From positions 1 to 64,000 of IMG/VR virus record IMGVR_UViG_2718218131_000011: a DNA stretch of 64,000 nucleotides. The stretch is one strand, 5' to 3'. This stretch comes from a virus (Duplodnaviria; Heunggongvirae; Uroviricota; Caudoviricetes). The number at the start of each line of letters is the position of its first letter. Positions within the stretch are counted from its first letter, which is position 1. A program made the position numbers and the translations under genes. The notes under the pieces are model-generated. The model did no database searches and was not told the DNA's origin. It saw only the letters and a program-made list of their open reading frames with translations. Below are positions 34,601 through 45,375 of this stretch, piece by piece.

Positions 34601-35699
34601 CGACCAATGCAGAGATAGCAGCTCTTACATAAGCGGTCGTAGCAATCTGCGTGTTATTCGTACCCTGTGCAGCGGTAGGCGCAGTAGGTATTCCCGTTAA
34701 TGCAGGACTTGCTAAAGGAGCTTTAAGAGCCAGAGCATTGTTGATAGTTGTGCTGAAATTCGGGTCGTTATTGATCGCAGCAGCTATTTCTTTAAGCGTA
34801 TCCAGTGTGCCAGGTGCACCGTTGATAAGTGCCGTTATAGCTGCCTTAACAAAGGCTGTATTTGCGATCTGCGTGCTGTTTGTACCTTGCGCTGCCGTCG
34901 GCGCGGTTGGCGTTCCTGTCAGACTCGGGCTTTCTATTGGCGCTTTGGTATCAGCCAGCTCTTTTACAGACTTAACGGCTTTAGGGGTAGCCGCCATTGT
35001 TTCGCTGTCGCTGTTAGTTGCGCTACTGAGCTGAACTAATCCCTTTTGTGTTGTGCTTGCATCCTGCGCCGTATACTTGCTTTTAGCCAGATCGTAGGCT
35101 TTTTTAACTGCCAGCGAACTCGCAGCAACATCACTTCTGGTACTGGTTACAGAGTCTGAAATATCAATGCCGATCGTGCGGTTGATACGCTTGGATGTAT
35201 CAATCATCTCCTGGGTAATGGCAGATACACCAGCAGGGATATTCACCGTACAAACAAGCAGCTCCCCATCTCCTAACTGATATGAATCGGTATAGGTTCT
35301 GGAAACAAATTCAGCCGCATGAATATGTGACGCGGTATTCACCTGATAGGTATCTTCTCCAAGGAGGTATCTTCCCTTCAGCACAATTGCATATTTCTTG
35401 CCTGCACTAAGTGCAAGAGAAATATCCTTACGTTGCTGAATAGTTACCTGGTAGAATTCACCAATATCCACCGACGCCGCGCCTGCGGTTTTATCACCAT
35501 CCACTGAGGTGATTAACAGGTTCATCCCACCGCCAGGCTTAGGTAAGAAACCGGCATAAAATCCCGGGTCAACAATCCCCCTGAATTTTCGGTTTAGCGC
35601 GGCTGACAGATATGGTTCGTGGTATTGCACATCAGCCACCAGAGCCAACGACTCGGGTGATGGGTAAGTAACCGATGTGACAACTGTAACGTCATTCAT
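31680..35699 (-). CDS. Tail fibre protein (S-like), non-invertible
   Basis: About 1340 aa from [10 protein letters not shown]; internal phage tail-fibre repeats ([26 protein letters not shown]) and C-terminal His-rich GAHTH repeats. Confidence 0.85.
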   Translation of the reverse strand: MNDVTVVTSVTYPSPESLALVADVQYHEPYLSAALNRKFRGIVDPGFYAGFLPKPGGGMNLLITSVDGDKTAGAASVDIGEFYQVTIQQRKDISLALSAGKKYAIVLKGRYLLGEDTYQVNTASHIHAAEFVSRTYTDSYQLGDGELLVCTVNIPAGVSAITQEMIDTSKRINRTIGIDISDSVTSTRSDVAASSLAVKKAYDLAKSKYTAQDASTTQKGLVQLSSATNSDSETMAATPKAVKSVKELADTKAPIESPSLTGTPTAPTAAQGTNSTQIANTAFVKAAITALINGAPGTLDTLKEIAAAINNDPNFSTTINNALALKAPLASPALTGIPTAPTAAQGTNNTQIATTAYVRAAISALVGSSPEALDTLNELAAALGNDPNFATTMTNALAGKQPLDATLTALAALATGANKLPYFTGKDTVAQTDLTSVGRDILAKTSTLAVIQYLGLRELGTSGEKIPLLSTANTWSARQTFNGGITGALTGNADTATKLKTARTIGGVAFDGSANINLPGVNTTGNQNTTGNAATATKLATARNINGVKFDGSGDININTLVSRGRVTALSGSTQGTAGIQMYEAYNNSYPTTYGNVLHMKGASAAGEGELLIGWSGTSGAHAPVFIRSRRDNTDAAWSEWAQVYTSKDSIPGVNTTGNQNTTGNAASATKLQTARTIGGVSFNGTANIDLPGVNKTGNQSTTGNAATATKLQTARTIGGVSFDGSANINLPGVNIAGNQNTTGNAATATKLLTARTINGVSFDGSANISLSPANIGCPASPTGWLVTGDNGASITTEQLVTLLRDNGAFNAKAWIARCAWAYANSASIPDSETGCGIIPLAGAVIEVFNNGSSSNNYTIRITTATTTGVSGALTNAEFVYVFNGTSYSPGWRRAYNTKNKPTAADVGALPLSGGALTGGLTAAGEIISKSANGLRIAYGNYGFFIRNDGSNTYFMLTDSGNSLGTYNRLRPLIINNANGAVTIGNGLNVTGGINGSLNGNAATATKLQTARKISGVPFDGSTDITLTAAHVAAFARRATDTYADADGGVPWNAESGAYNVTRSGDSYILVNFYTGVGSCRTLQMKAHYRNGGLFYRSSRDGYGFEEDWAEVYTSKNLPPESYPVGAPIPWPSDTVPSGYALMQGQTFDKSAYPKLAAAYPSGVIPDMRGWTIKGKPASGRAVLSQEQDGIKSHTHSASASSTDLGTKTTSSFDYGTKPTNNTGAHTHNVSGTANSAGAHTHTVPLRRPNSGGMNFDWLDGSSSGTVVGNGTVPSSGAHTHSVSGTAASAGAHAHTVGIGAHTHSVAIGSHGHTITVNAAGNAENTVKNIAFNYIVRLA
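33400..34270. repeat. Imperfect tandem repeats of about 120 bp inside the tail fibre gene
   Basis: Three units at about 33400-33759 and two at about 34039-34270, visible as repeated peptides in both the sense and antisense ORF tracks. Confidence 0.6.
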
Positions 35700-35710
35700 C
35701 AAGCATATCC

Positions 35711-36145
35711 TTATGCTGTAGTCGTGTTTATGGCCATAACTGCGGTATATGTTTTGCCCACATACAGCGAGTCTTCCTGGACACAAATAATGGCGATTGG
35801 CTTGTTCTCGTTATCCAGAACAACCAGAGTGTTGAATGGGTAGTTTTTCCCTTCCTGCAACTGGCTTTGATCAAGGTCCATTCGGACAGTTATTATCCCG
35901 CCTGAGTAGGTTGGGACGAGGTTGATGGTGCAAAATTGACTGGTCAGTTCTGCCAGATCGAAAGCCTTTGGCAGTTCTCCAATCTCATAAGTGCCATCTC
36001 CTTTCTTAGTAACCAGTGAACTGGTACCGAAAACGGCCTTGCTGATTAAAAATCGAGAGCCTTTGTTAATGGACGATTCAGCGCGCCGCTGATAGTAATA
36101 GTCCAACAACTGACTCTTATAGAGGTTTGTTGAGACGTCAGACAT
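35711..36145 (-). CDS. Tail fibre structural protein (P1 R-like)
   Basis: 144-aa ORF directly upstream of the tail fibre gene on the same strand. Confidence 0.5.
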   Translation of the reverse strand: MSDVSTNLYKSQLLDYYYQRRAESSINKGSRFLISKAVFGTSSLVTKKGDGTYEIGELPKAFDLAELTSQFCTINLVPTYSGGIITVRMDLDQSQLQEGKNYPFNTLVVLDNENKPIAIICVQEDSLYVGKTYTAVMAINTTTA

Positions 36146-36223
36146 GATTTTCCCTAATCAATGTTGTGAAGCCTCATTGTAAGAGAAGTAACTTGTCACC
36201 CCGCCCTGCGGACGGGGTGATTG

Positions 36224-37063
36224 TCAGGCGTCGCTATCCAGCAACAAATCATCTGCGCGTGTGCGATCAAACGTAGGTGTCGCTTTCACAATAGTGCCAC
36301 CAGGCGTTGCGGTGATCGGGGCGCTAATCGACGTAACTCCAGTAAGCGAAGTTGTATCCGAAGTTTCAAACCAGCAGAATGCTTTTTCGGTATCAGAAAT
36401 CTCGTTCAAAGTGATCATGTCGGCCTGTTCATTTACAACAACCGACAAATAGAGCGTAAGCCCATCAAACACTATATGCAGTGGCAGTAAAGGCTTTACG
36501 AACTGATTAAACTTTCTGAGAATTTCTTCTGTAATTGCGGACTGATCTATCGTGCCAGTAATCCCCATTGTCCGGGCCAGGTCGTTTATGGGAATACTGA
36601 TCATCCCTCTGGAAGTCAGAAACATCTCGCCGAATGTGCCGCCGGTTATCTCCAGTGTGCTTTCTGGTATTAGAACCGTGCCATAGGGATGACGCTCAAG
36701 GTCCACCGGTGCATATATCGGATCCCATAAAACAGAAATACCGTTAAATTCGCGGTAAATTGTCTGGTTTATAGGGCGTTCAGTCCCCTTAAAGTGAATC
36801 TCATCAAGACGCTGTTGTAACAACATCGGAACGGAAGATGAGTTCGACGTTCTGATAGTAAAGAACTGGCCAAGTTCATTTGTCCTGGTCTCCAGATCCT
36901 CCTTGCTCATGGAAAAAATAGACTTCCGGTTGGTAATTCGCTCCAACCATGGGTCAACAAAGGTATCCATCATTGACTGAACCAAATCAGCCAATGATTT
37001 ATAGAGCAATGCCTTTTGCTTAGCTGATGTAAGCCGGTTATTAAACCAGGAACGCTGCATCAC
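36224..37063 (-). CDS. Baseplate/tail structural protein (P1 gp16-like position)
   Basis: 279-aa ORF in the tail module. Confidence 0.45.
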   Translation of the reverse strand: MMQRSWFNNRLTSAKQKALLYKSLADLVQSMMDTFVDPWLERITNRKSIFSMSKEDLETRTNELGQFFTIRTSNSSSVPMLLQQRLDEIHFKGTERPINQTIYREFNGISVLWDPIYAPVDLERHPYGTVLIPESTLEITGGTFGEMFLTSRGMISIPINDLARTMGITGTIDQSAITEEILRKFNQFVKPLLPLHIVFDGLTLYLSVVVNEQADMITLNEISDTEKAFCWFETSDTTSLTGVTSISAPITATPGGTIVKATPTFDRTRADDLLLDSDA

Positions 37064-38493
37064 TCCTCCTCATACGAAATATTAAAGGTGGAGTTTTCTG
37101 TATCCAGATAAACGAAATCGTAAAAGCCGTTGGACTCATTCCACTCGACAAATTCCAGATAAAAGTCGCGGAAATAACCCAGCGTTTCGATAAATGCCCA
37201 AACGTCTTTTTTCTTGATTAGGATGTACTTGCCGACACGGTTCGGATCAAAGAAAGTTGAGTCACGCCCAAATTTTGTTTCCAGTGCCGACTTCAGCTCA
37301 TCAGTCACGTTCTCAATGGTCAGGCTTGCCGATATCCGCCCGGTGATGGTGATCTTAAAGGGTAGTTTTCTGACCTCTTTATACGAGAATTTCTTGTTCA
37401 ACTCATTCGGCACCTTCTTAAAGGCAGCCAGGATCATTTCTTCAAGCTCTGACTGGCTTTTGTTTGGATGCCATCCTGAAATAAATATCTTATTGATATT
37501 CCGGACATTATAAGCACCATCTAATTTCTCTTGCTGGCCTTCGCCCCATGCCTTTACCCAGGACAGTCCCGGGATGTTACGCACCAGAAAATACGTATAG
37601 TCCCCGCCCCATACGACCTGATCATCATAGGCAAGGTAATATTGTGCACGATTACGTGTGATCTCCGTTGTTTCGGCATCGGTACCTGCGGTTATGGGTG
37701 TCGTTGTCTTAACTGAAATCAAATTAGCTAAATTAGCCGCAGAATCGACAGGCGTCAGATTTTGGCCAGCAACCAAGGTTATATCTCCGTTGGTGCACCA
37801 TACCTTAAGTGTAATGGTCGAGCCTTCTGGCGGTATTTGCCCAATTAGCCCATCACCGAATCGAACCCCCAACTGCTCGGATGGTTTATAAAACTCAACG
37901 TAGACCTGGCTTTTACTACCGGCTAACCGGAACATAGTGCTGGAAGACCACTGCGTGGTCTTACCATCGGTCGTCACGAATACTTCCAGCTTATAGCAGA
38001 CAGCAGTGAGAGCCTTTGATAACACGACTTCCAGAAATTCTTTGGCTGCCGTAACGGTATATGTCACCTCCTGGATTTCCAACTGTGCCACTTCTACCGT
38101 ACCGGTGCCGTCAACCAACCTGCATACATCCATAGTCATGTAAGGGTACTGGTCGTCAGATATTAAAGGCATGTTTTTGGGGATTACCGCTGGGGCATCT
38201 TCACTTGTGGCGGTGATCTCAATCATCCCCGATGACGGTGTTGGCTTGGTACCAACGTAACTATTCGTTTCTGCCGCTGCCAAGATAGAGGAACGCCGCG
38301 TCGCGGTCGATATAAAGCCTTCAGCCAGCGCCGCATCGGCATACTGAAAGCACCTGTAGACAATCTGGGTAATAAACAATGTCAGCATCGAGACAAATTG
38401 AGAGCCGACAAACTTCGACCAGAATGAATCTTTCTCGACAAGCTCTTCAAACTCTGCACGAATACTGTCTTTAGTCGGTGTTGTTTTACTCAT
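37060..38493 (-). CDS. Baseplate protein (BplA-like position)
   Basis: 477-aa ORF overlapping its neighbours by 4 bp in an operon. Confidence 0.45.
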   Translation of the reverse strand: MSKTTPTKDSIRAEFEELVEKDSFWSKFVGSQFVSMLTLFITQIVYRCFQYADAALAEGFISTATRRSSILAAAETNSYVGTKPTPSSGMIEITATSEDAPAVIPKNMPLISDDQYPYMTMDVCRLVDGTGTVEVAQLEIQEVTYTVTAAKEFLEVVLSKALTAVCYKLEVFVTTDGKTTQWSSSTMFRLAGSKSQVYVEFYKPSEQLGVRFGDGLIGQIPPEGSTITLKVWCTNGDITLVAGQNLTPVDSAANLANLISVKTTTPITAGTDAETTEITRNRAQYYLAYDDQVVWGGDYTYFLVRNIPGLSWVKAWGEGQQEKLDGAYNVRNINKIFISGWHPNKSQSELEEMILAAFKKVPNELNKKFSYKEVRKLPFKITITGRISASLTIENVTDELKSALETKFGRDSTFFDPNRVGKYILIKKKDVWAFIETLGYFRDFYLEFVEWNESNGFYDFVYLDTENSTFNISYEEE

Positions 38494-38849
38494 AGCACCA
38501 CGTCCTGTGTGATAGTTATATCCCTGATACGAATGGATATTTTCAACTTATCAAAAGCATCTCCCTCGGCTACTGACAAGCCAGAAATCGGTATGTCAGA
38601 TAAATCTACCGTCAGTTTTTGCAACAGCATTGCCTCAACCGCAATTTGAACATGCGACAAGTTGGTCGGTTCGTGTTTAAACTGCGGTAAAACATTGCCC
38701 CATGACGGATCTCCGTATACCTCACCCTGATAAGTGTTTAGCCACTCATATAAACGAGCGCCCCAGGCCTCCTCCTGGGACTCATACGTTTTTACGCCGG
38801 ATAACTCCAGCGTCAGCAAAGGATCAATTTCGTTATTGTTGGCCATCAA
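38490..38849 (-). CDS. Small structural protein
   Basis: 119-aa ORF between sit and the baseplate gene. Confidence 0.4.
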   Translation of the reverse strand: MMANNNEIDPLLTLELSGVKTYESQEEAWGARLYEWLNTYQGEVYGDPSWGNVLPQFKHEPTNLSHVQIAVEAMLLQKLTVDLSDIPISGLSVAEGDAFDKLKISIRIRDITITQDVVL

Positions 38850-41800
38850 TCAACTCTCGCGTAGTCATTCATCAACGGATCATCAATTGACAGTGGTACC
38901 GTGCGCATAACGCCCGGCTGAGGCGTGCTGACCTTTACGACAGTTCCCTGGCCTTTCGCCGAGTCTTTGGTGTGCTCTTCAATCCTGGCAAGTAATGAGG
39001 TCATCTGCGCAAACAGCCGCTTCGTTTCACCATCAAGTGAAACGGTATTATCAGCCAACTGCATTGTCGGCTTGGCACCGGAACCACCAAGGTCACTAAT
39101 AACCTGTCCGTCTATCTGCATACGACCGGTTGGTTGCTGCAAATCGTTGGCGGCAGTCGTCACCTGGGACGTGGAGGCTGGTTCAGGCGCATTATTTTTC
39201 CGCATCCCCGGCGAGTTGCGGAGTTTATCGAATAGTCCATCAATCCCCATTTGTGCGCCGAGTTGGTCAAAGTAACTTGAGTTGCTGGTCACCGGACGCG
39301 CCTCTTCAACTGGCATCGGAGTATCAACATACACATTGCCAGCTGCTGTTGCGGTCCCCTTCCCTCGTGCACGTTCTTCGAGCGTTCCCTGAACGACTTC
39401 CCGACGCATACCCCGGCCATTCATGAATTTGTTGACCAGATCGTTAACGCCAACAGCATTGCCGATTTTGTCTACCAGACCGCCTTTCTCAAACGGGCTA
39501 TCACCAGGGGTAAACGCCAGGCCAGTAGACTGATCGATAACAGCGTTATCAGGCAGTGGTCCCCTCACTCCATATTGCGCCCCACCCTGTGCTCCTGCTC
39601 CAGGTGTATAGATTTCACCACCTAAATAGCGAGCACGATGAGTATTGACCTTGATCGCGTACTCACGGTTTTCTTTCGATAAGTCACCTGTGCCTTTTTT
39701 CCACTTATTGATAGTGCCAAACCCAGCGTTATATGCAGTGATGGCCTCGTTTAAGTCTCCATTGGCTTGCTTCAGATACTTGCTCATGAGAAGAGCCGCA
39801 GCTTCTGCCGATTTCACAGGATCAAACGATTCACCTTCAGCTAAGCCAGTCTCTTCACGAGCAATCCCCGTGAACTGAAACATTCCCAGAGCACCGGTTT
39901 GGGATTTTGCATACGGATTACCACCAGATTCAGTTGCAGCAATCGCGTAAAGAGTGCCTTCTGGAAGACCATATTTATTCTCTAGTTCAGCAAAATACGG
40001 AGCCAACTTATCGAGATTTGCCTTACCTTCAGATCCAAGACTTCCGACTTTTACATCCAAGCGGCCATTGTTGTAGGTATCCGCAGCTTTCTGAATGTCA
40101 TTCCTGGTGCCAGTGGTATTAAGCGACGATGATGACGAGCTATTTTGACCAATAGCTTTATCAATTTTCTGCAACGCGCTATTGCCCGTTTCTGCGGCAT
40201 TTGCATTGATAATCTGATTCGCAGTTTCTTTAACTGTTTTATTGCTATCTTTCGCCGTGTCCAGTGCCGCATTTATCACGCGGGTAACAATATTAGTCTG
40301 TTTGGCATCGGATTCAGTTTTAGAATCAGATGTCTCCTGGTGGCTATTAACCGGAGCTTTTAACTCTGGAGCGATTTCTTTCGCATTAGCCTCGCTATTA
40401 ACCGGAGCTTTTAACTCTGGAGCGATTTCTTTCGCATTAGCCTCGCCGATCGGATTGGGTATTTTTGATACAATCATTGCCGCAGGGGTATTTTTAACGG
40501 CATCAACCGCTGCATCTAATGCTTTACCAGGTAAATTTTTAACCCCATCCCAAATATTACCAGCCGCCTCTTTAATGTGTTTCCCTGGGTTCTTAATGAA
40601 ATCAATTGCACTATCAATTGCATCACTGAAAACCTGTTTCAGGTTATCAACAGTAAAGAAGTCTTTGATGGCATCCAGCTTTTCAAGCAGCTTATTAGAT
40701 GTATCGCTAAACCATGCTGAAACAGCATCACCAATCTTTGCTGTGTAATCTTCGAACTTGGTAGAAATGGTGTCGCCAAGGTTAGAAATATATGTTTCTA
40801 AGTTGGTAATCCCACTATCAATGGCCTGGGCAATACTTTCCGTCGAAAATGATTGCAACATATTGCCGATATCCTCAAATCCAAGTGATTTGAGAACCTC
40901 ACCAATGGCGCTGCTAATACCAGATACCAGTCCCCCCATATCAAGAACATTGGCTAACGTATAAGCGGCTTTTTGCTGGAATGATGGATCTTGTCCTGAT
41001 TTAAGCCCAAACGCTCGACGTTGCGCTTCTGTATCATTCCAACCGGTTACCGCATCATAAATACCTCCAGCCACTGTGCCGACTAAGGGAATTGCGCGTA
41101 ACGCCCCTTTACCAACTGCCTTTAATCCAAGTTTACCTGCTGCCCGGGCAGCCAAATCTCCACCTTCATGGGCGATAGTCTTCTTGCCACCACCGCGTAG
41201 CATTCCTACAAGTTTCTTTGCCCCCAGAGCGCCAAAAGCGAGTGCTCCAGCTTTTTTCAGCATGCCACGCCCCATTAACAACGACGCGACGCCACCGGCC
41301 CCCTTCCCTAACAGGCTAAATAGTTTGGACAGCAAGCCGCCCTTCTTTTTCCCGGTGTTTTTGGCTATCTGATCAAGGGCGCTGAGAATCTTGTCATTGC
41401 CCTCTTTAATTTCGCTGGTCTGCTCCTGAAGTTCCTGAACTGTCCGTTTTTGGGTGTTAACCTGAACGACATCGGCACTATTTTGCGATTTACGCCTAAA
41501 AAAACCTTTTCTACGGCTGTTATCGTCATTGCCACAAATCACATCGGCAATAGACTTTCTGGCACCATTAAGCGATCCACCAACTTCTTTTGATATCCCG
41601 CCAAGCTCCTTCCCTGCTGCCCACAATGGACCAGCAACGGCATAACCTAACGCATCAACGGCACGAGTCTCTGAAGGGTTACCTATGCCTTCAGCTACTT
41701 TTGACAGTTTTTTTAATAAACCTGATTCAGCATTTAGACGCTCATCATCCTCTTTGCGCCTGGCCTTTTCAGCACGTTCAGCACGGGCATCTTCCGCTGC

Positions 41801-42586
41801 GGCCTTACTCCCTGACTTTCCAATAAAACGACCACGCGCATCGCGTTGGTTTTGGCTTTTTTGCGCACCGCCTTTTTGATCGAACATTTCGCGAGCGTGT
41901 TCGGCTGCTTCGGTCCGTTGTGCCTTTATATCCTCTGGTATAGCCTTCCTGCGTCGTTTTTTACCCTTTGGTGTAGTTGATTTGGCCTGCTGTTCCTGTT
42001 GAGCAATGCCCTCCTGAACTACACGAGAAACGTCCCCTAAATTAAGCCGTTTCATTGCGTCAACAATAGGGTCTACTGATGGCGCATTGGCCACAAAGTC
42101 TGGCCGGGAATTTTCGATTGTTCGATTTAATGCCGACACACTGCGAGATACTGGGTCAACCGTTGCAACGCGTTCCCCTTTCAAATCACGAGCGAGTTTG
42201 ACCGTTTCTAACCGCTGTGCTTTAACATCCTCTGTTATTGCCTCTCTTCGTCTATTTGGGGGATTGTGCGCTGTTGGTGCAGCCTGCTGTGCACGGTTAG
42301 TGACTTTGTCCTCCCGTATACGAGAAACGTCCCCTAAATTAAGCCGTTTTATTGCGTCAACAATAGGGTCCACTGATGGCGCATTGGTCACAAAGTCAGG
42401 ACGTGAATTTTCGATTGTGCGATTTAATGCCGACACACTGCGAGAGACAGGATCAACAGTTGCAACTCGTTCCCCTTTCAAATCTTCAACAGCTTCCCGA
42501 ATACCTGCAAGCTCTTCCAGCTCTTTCGCGCTGGCGGTTTCAACTGTCCTTATAACATCGTCAATATTGGCGTTTTTTCTTTCCAT
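38846..42586 (-). CDS. sit: Sit-like structural injection transglycosylase / tape-measure-like protein
   Basis: 1246 aa with a lytic transglycosylase core (GALGMFQFTGIAREETG...AYNAGFGTINKW) and long Gly/Ala-rich and coiled-coil regions. Confidence 0.8.
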   Translation of the reverse strand: MERKNANIDDVIRTVETASAKELEELAGIREAVEDLKGERVATVDPVSRSVSALNRTIENSRPDFVTNAPSVDPIVDAIKRLNLGDVSRIREDKVTNRAQQAAPTAHNPPNRRREAITEDVKAQRLETVKLARDLKGERVATVDPVSRSVSALNRTIENSRPDFVANAPSVDPIVDAMKRLNLGDVSRVVQEGIAQQEQQAKSTTPKGKKRRRKAIPEDIKAQRTEAAEHAREMFDQKGGAQKSQNQRDARGRFIGKSGSKAAAEDARAERAEKARRKEDDERLNAESGLLKKLSKVAEGIGNPSETRAVDALGYAVAGPLWAAGKELGGISKEVGGSLNGARKSIADVICGNDDNSRRKGFFRRKSQNSADVVQVNTQKRTVQELQEQTSEIKEGNDKILSALDQIAKNTGKKKGGLLSKLFSLLGKGAGGVASLLMGRGMLKKAGALAFGALGAKKLVGMLRGGGKKTIAHEGGDLAARAAGKLGLKAVGKGALRAIPLVGTVAGGIYDAVTGWNDTEAQRRAFGLKSGQDPSFQQKAAYTLANVLDMGGLVSGISSAIGEVLKSLGFEDIGNMLQSFSTESIAQAIDSGITNLETYISNLGDTISTKFEDYTAKIGDAVSAWFSDTSNKLLEKLDAIKDFFTVDNLKQVFSDAIDSAIDFIKNPGKHIKEAAGNIWDGVKNLPGKALDAAVDAVKNTPAAMIVSKIPNPIGEANAKEIAPELKAPVNSEANAKEIAPELKAPVNSHQETSDSKTESDAKQTNIVTRVINAALDTAKDSNKTVKETANQIINANAAETGNSALQKIDKAIGQNSSSSSSLNTTGTRNDIQKAADTYNNGRLDVKVGSLGSEGKANLDKLAPYFAELENKYGLPEGTLYAIAATESGGNPYAKSQTGALGMFQFTGIAREETGLAEGESFDPVKSAEAAALLMSKYLKQANGDLNEAITAYNAGFGTINKWKKGTGDLSKENREYAIKVNTHRARYLGGEIYTPGAGAQGGAQYGVRGPLPDNAVIDQSTGLAFTPGDSPFEKGGLVDKIGNAVGVNDLVNKFMNGRGMRREVVQGTLEERARGKGTATAAGNVYVDTPMPVEEARPVTSNSSYFDQLGAQMGIDGLFDKLRNSPGMRKNNAPEPASTSQVTTAANDLQQPTGRMQIDGQVISDLGGSGAKPTMQLADNTVSLDGETKRLFAQMTSLLARIEEHTKDSAKGQGTVVKVSTPQPGVMRTVPLSIDDPLMNDYARVD
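40343..40444. repeat. Perfect 51-bp tandem direct repeat (two copies) inside sit
   Basis: GCTATTAACCGGAGCTTTTAACTCTGGAGCGATTTCTTTCGCATTAGCCTC repeated head to tail; in frame, encoding EANAKEIAPELKAPVNS twice. Confidence 0.8.
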
Positions 42587-42667
42587 GATCTTATCGCCTA
42601 CCGTTTCGGTTTAAGTTTTTCTTCCAGTTTCTCCAACAGGAAAAACGCATAGGATTCAGTAAGCCTT

Positions 42668-43549
42668 TCAGCGTCCTGAATCGGTATACCCCCATACAAA
42701 ACCAGGTTGGACACTAAGGTCTGATAGCTTTTCAATCCCCACCTGTGGAATGAAGTCGGTAGCCCGAAAGGGCACCCACAGACGGGTATATGCACCCTCT
42801 GTGGACTCCTTTTTATCCTGATTTGGGCATTTATGCGGCGGGAGACGAAGACGCATTTCACCTTTATCGATGTAGCACGGTAAACCATGTTCGAGCTTTT
42901 CATGAGCCAGTCGGATGTGTGCCGCCAGCTTCATAAATTCAGTATCAATGGCCATCCGTTTAATCGTTTCATAACGACGCTCAGCCTGATCTTCACGAGT
43001 ACCGCTAACATCGTTATAAAGCTCACACTGATAAGCGAATTCCCAAAAACGCAAATCAACGATCGCTTCTTTGAATTCCGCGTCGTCTTCAGGTGGCAAT
43101 GCTGCACGGCGCATCTCCAGCATTTCCATTGCCCAACCATTAAGCGGCACGATACGCCATTGATAAGGTACTCCCTCTACAGACACCTCAATATCGTCAA
43201 TGAAAGGTTCCACTTCCAGGACCTGGATATCTTCAGCCAGAGCATTCATATCGCAATCGTAATAATGCTCTTTACCGCAATGTTTACAGGTGTAGGTGAA
43301 TGTCTCAACCGGTGTTTCACGGGAGCCGGTAAATATCCACCATAACGCGGTAATCCGGTCCTGCGCCGTCCATGTCAGGGGATCATGTTTCGCGGGTTCA
43401 GCCAGCAAGGCTTTTAAATACGCCGTTGTCTGTTGTTCTTGTTCCTCCGGTGTTATCGAGTTGAAACGCATCGCATCAGCAATATTTGGCTGACGGAACT
43501 GGATCAATTCAGTTGGCCGCGATGGTAGCGGGAAAAGAGGTAAAAGCAT
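42668..43549 (-). CDS. Hypothetical protein (PmgB-like position)
   Basis: 293-aa ORF downstream of sit. Confidence 0.4.
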   Translation of the reverse strand: MLLPLFPLPSRPTELIQFRQPNIADAMRFNSITPEEQEQQTTAYLKALLAEPAKHDPLTWTAQDRITALWWIFTGSRETPVETFTYTCKHCGKEHYYDCDMNALAEDIQVLEVEPFIDDIEVSVEGVPYQWRIVPLNGWAMEMLEMRRAALPPEDDAEFKEAIVDLRFWEFAYQCELYNDVSGTREDQAERRYETIKRMAIDTEFMKLAAHIRLAHEKLEHGLPCYIDKGEMRLRLPPHKCPNQDKKESTEGAYTRLWVPFRATDFIPQVGIEKLSDLSVQPGFVWGYTDSGR

Positions 43550-43563
43550 CCTTGCTCCTTAAT

Positions 43564-44175
43564 TCAAAGAGAAAAGCTAAAGCCCAGAAGGGAAGCCAAA
43601 GAACTTGAGGATTGGTTAAACGTGCTGTGCAATGCGAAGGTCATTGGGAATGACTTAAATTCCGTAACCTGATCCCGCGCATAGGTGACATCGCCGGTAG
43701 TGACCGGAAATACAGTCATCTCATTTTCCAGTTTGGTTAAGCCGGAAGACAACAACCGATAAATACGCACATTGAGCAAATATTTAGACGGTATATTCCC
43801 GGTACCGTCTGGATTAATCACCCGACTTTTTGCCGTCTTAAACCAGTCCAAAACGAGGCCATCAACGGTATCCCTGACCATCATTGTTATCTGCCCAGGC
43901 GAACGCTCCGTTGGTTGAAGGATATTCCCTCCGCCGATTTTAATCGTTTCATATTCGATGCTGTAATCGTGGTAGGTAATATCTTTGGCAAAGAAGTCTG
44001 CCCCCTCCAGTCCATCAACTTCGACAGAGAACTGCCATCCTTGCGCGAACAGCATTTTGTTCATGATGATTGACGTCAGCTTACCAACTTCCCGCTCACC
44101 AACGCCGGAGCCAAATAATGTCGTCGTTAATGCCGAAGATACATAAGACTTTACTGAAGCAACATTAAGCCCCAT
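43564..44175 (-). CDS. Putative tail structural protein
   Basis: 203-aa ORF in the tail module. Confidence 0.4.
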   Translation of the reverse strand: MGLNVASVKSYVSSALTTTLFGSGVGEREVGKLTSIIMNKMLFAQGWQFSVEVDGLEGADFFAKDITYHDYSIEYETIKIGGGNILQPTERSPGQITMMVRDTVDGLVLDWFKTAKSRVINPDGTGNIPSKYLLNVRIYRLLSSGLTKLENEMTVFPVTTGDVTYARDQVTEFKSFPMTFALHSTFNQSSSSLASLLGFSFSL

Positions 44176-44185
44176 ATCAGCCCCC

Positions 44186-44776
<591 letters not shown>

Positions 44777-44832
44777 TTAACAGATTCTACGAGTTGTCAT
44801 TTGTGACAGTATGCTCGCAATCGTAGCGATTA

Positions 44833-45372
44833 CTACCACCAACTGCTAGCTTTCTTCTCTCTAGCTTTTCCTTCGCTTTGCAGTAAATCTTTACTTCCTG
44901 TAGAAATATTTCTATTTGCATCAGCCTCAGACTGAATTACATCTGTCTTAGCTGCTCTCTCCTTCAACTCCTGCTCTATAAAATCGTTTTCTCGCTGGAC
45001 ACGAGCCGCTTTTGCTTGCAGTTCGAGTTTCATGCTTTCGAGTTGCAGCTTGCGAAGCTCATCCTCATAAGCTTGATCTCGCTTCTTGTCATTTGCTAGC
45101 TCGGCTTCTCGTTTCGCTCTACGTTCATTTTCTGCAGCAACACGCTGTTTTTCGCGTGCAGCAGCGGCAGATGCTGCTTTTTCTCTTCTAATACGTTCAG
45201 CTTGTGCTTGTTGGCGAATAAGTTCTTTTCTGGCATCCTCAGCTTGCTGCTCTTTAGCTCGCCCTTCATTTTCCGCTTGAGCAATAGCAGCAATTTGACT
45301 TTGCAACGAGTTAGCCAAGGCAGTGCCTACACTAAACGTAGAAAAGATTAGAAATAAAATAATTTTATTCAT
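44833..45372 (-). CDS. Secreted coiled-coil protein
   Basis: 179 aa with signal peptide MNKIILFLIFSTFSVGTALA followed by an A/E/K/R/Q-rich coiled coil (TolA-like composition). Confidence 0.5.
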   Translation of the reverse strand: MNKIILFLIFSTFSVGTALANSLQSQIAAIAQAENEGRAKEQQAEDARKELIRQQAQAERIRREKAASAAAAREKQRVAAENERRAKREAELANDKKRDQAYEDELRKLQLESMKLELQAKAARVQRENDFIEQELKERAAKTDVIQSEADANRNISTGSKDLLQSEGKAREKKASSWW

Positions 45373-45375
45373 AAA

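Noticed and set aside
33130-35034. Plus-strand ORFs of 127-157 aa inside the tail fibre gene
   Set aside because: Antisense to a strongly supported 1340-aa gene; their repeated peptides simply mirror the DNA tandem repeats.
31680-35786. Diversity-generating retroelement targeting the tail fibre
   Set aside because: No reverse transcriptase gene and no template/variable repeat pair with adenine-specific differences; the repeats are internal coding repeats. The nearby intron fragment lacks an intact RT.
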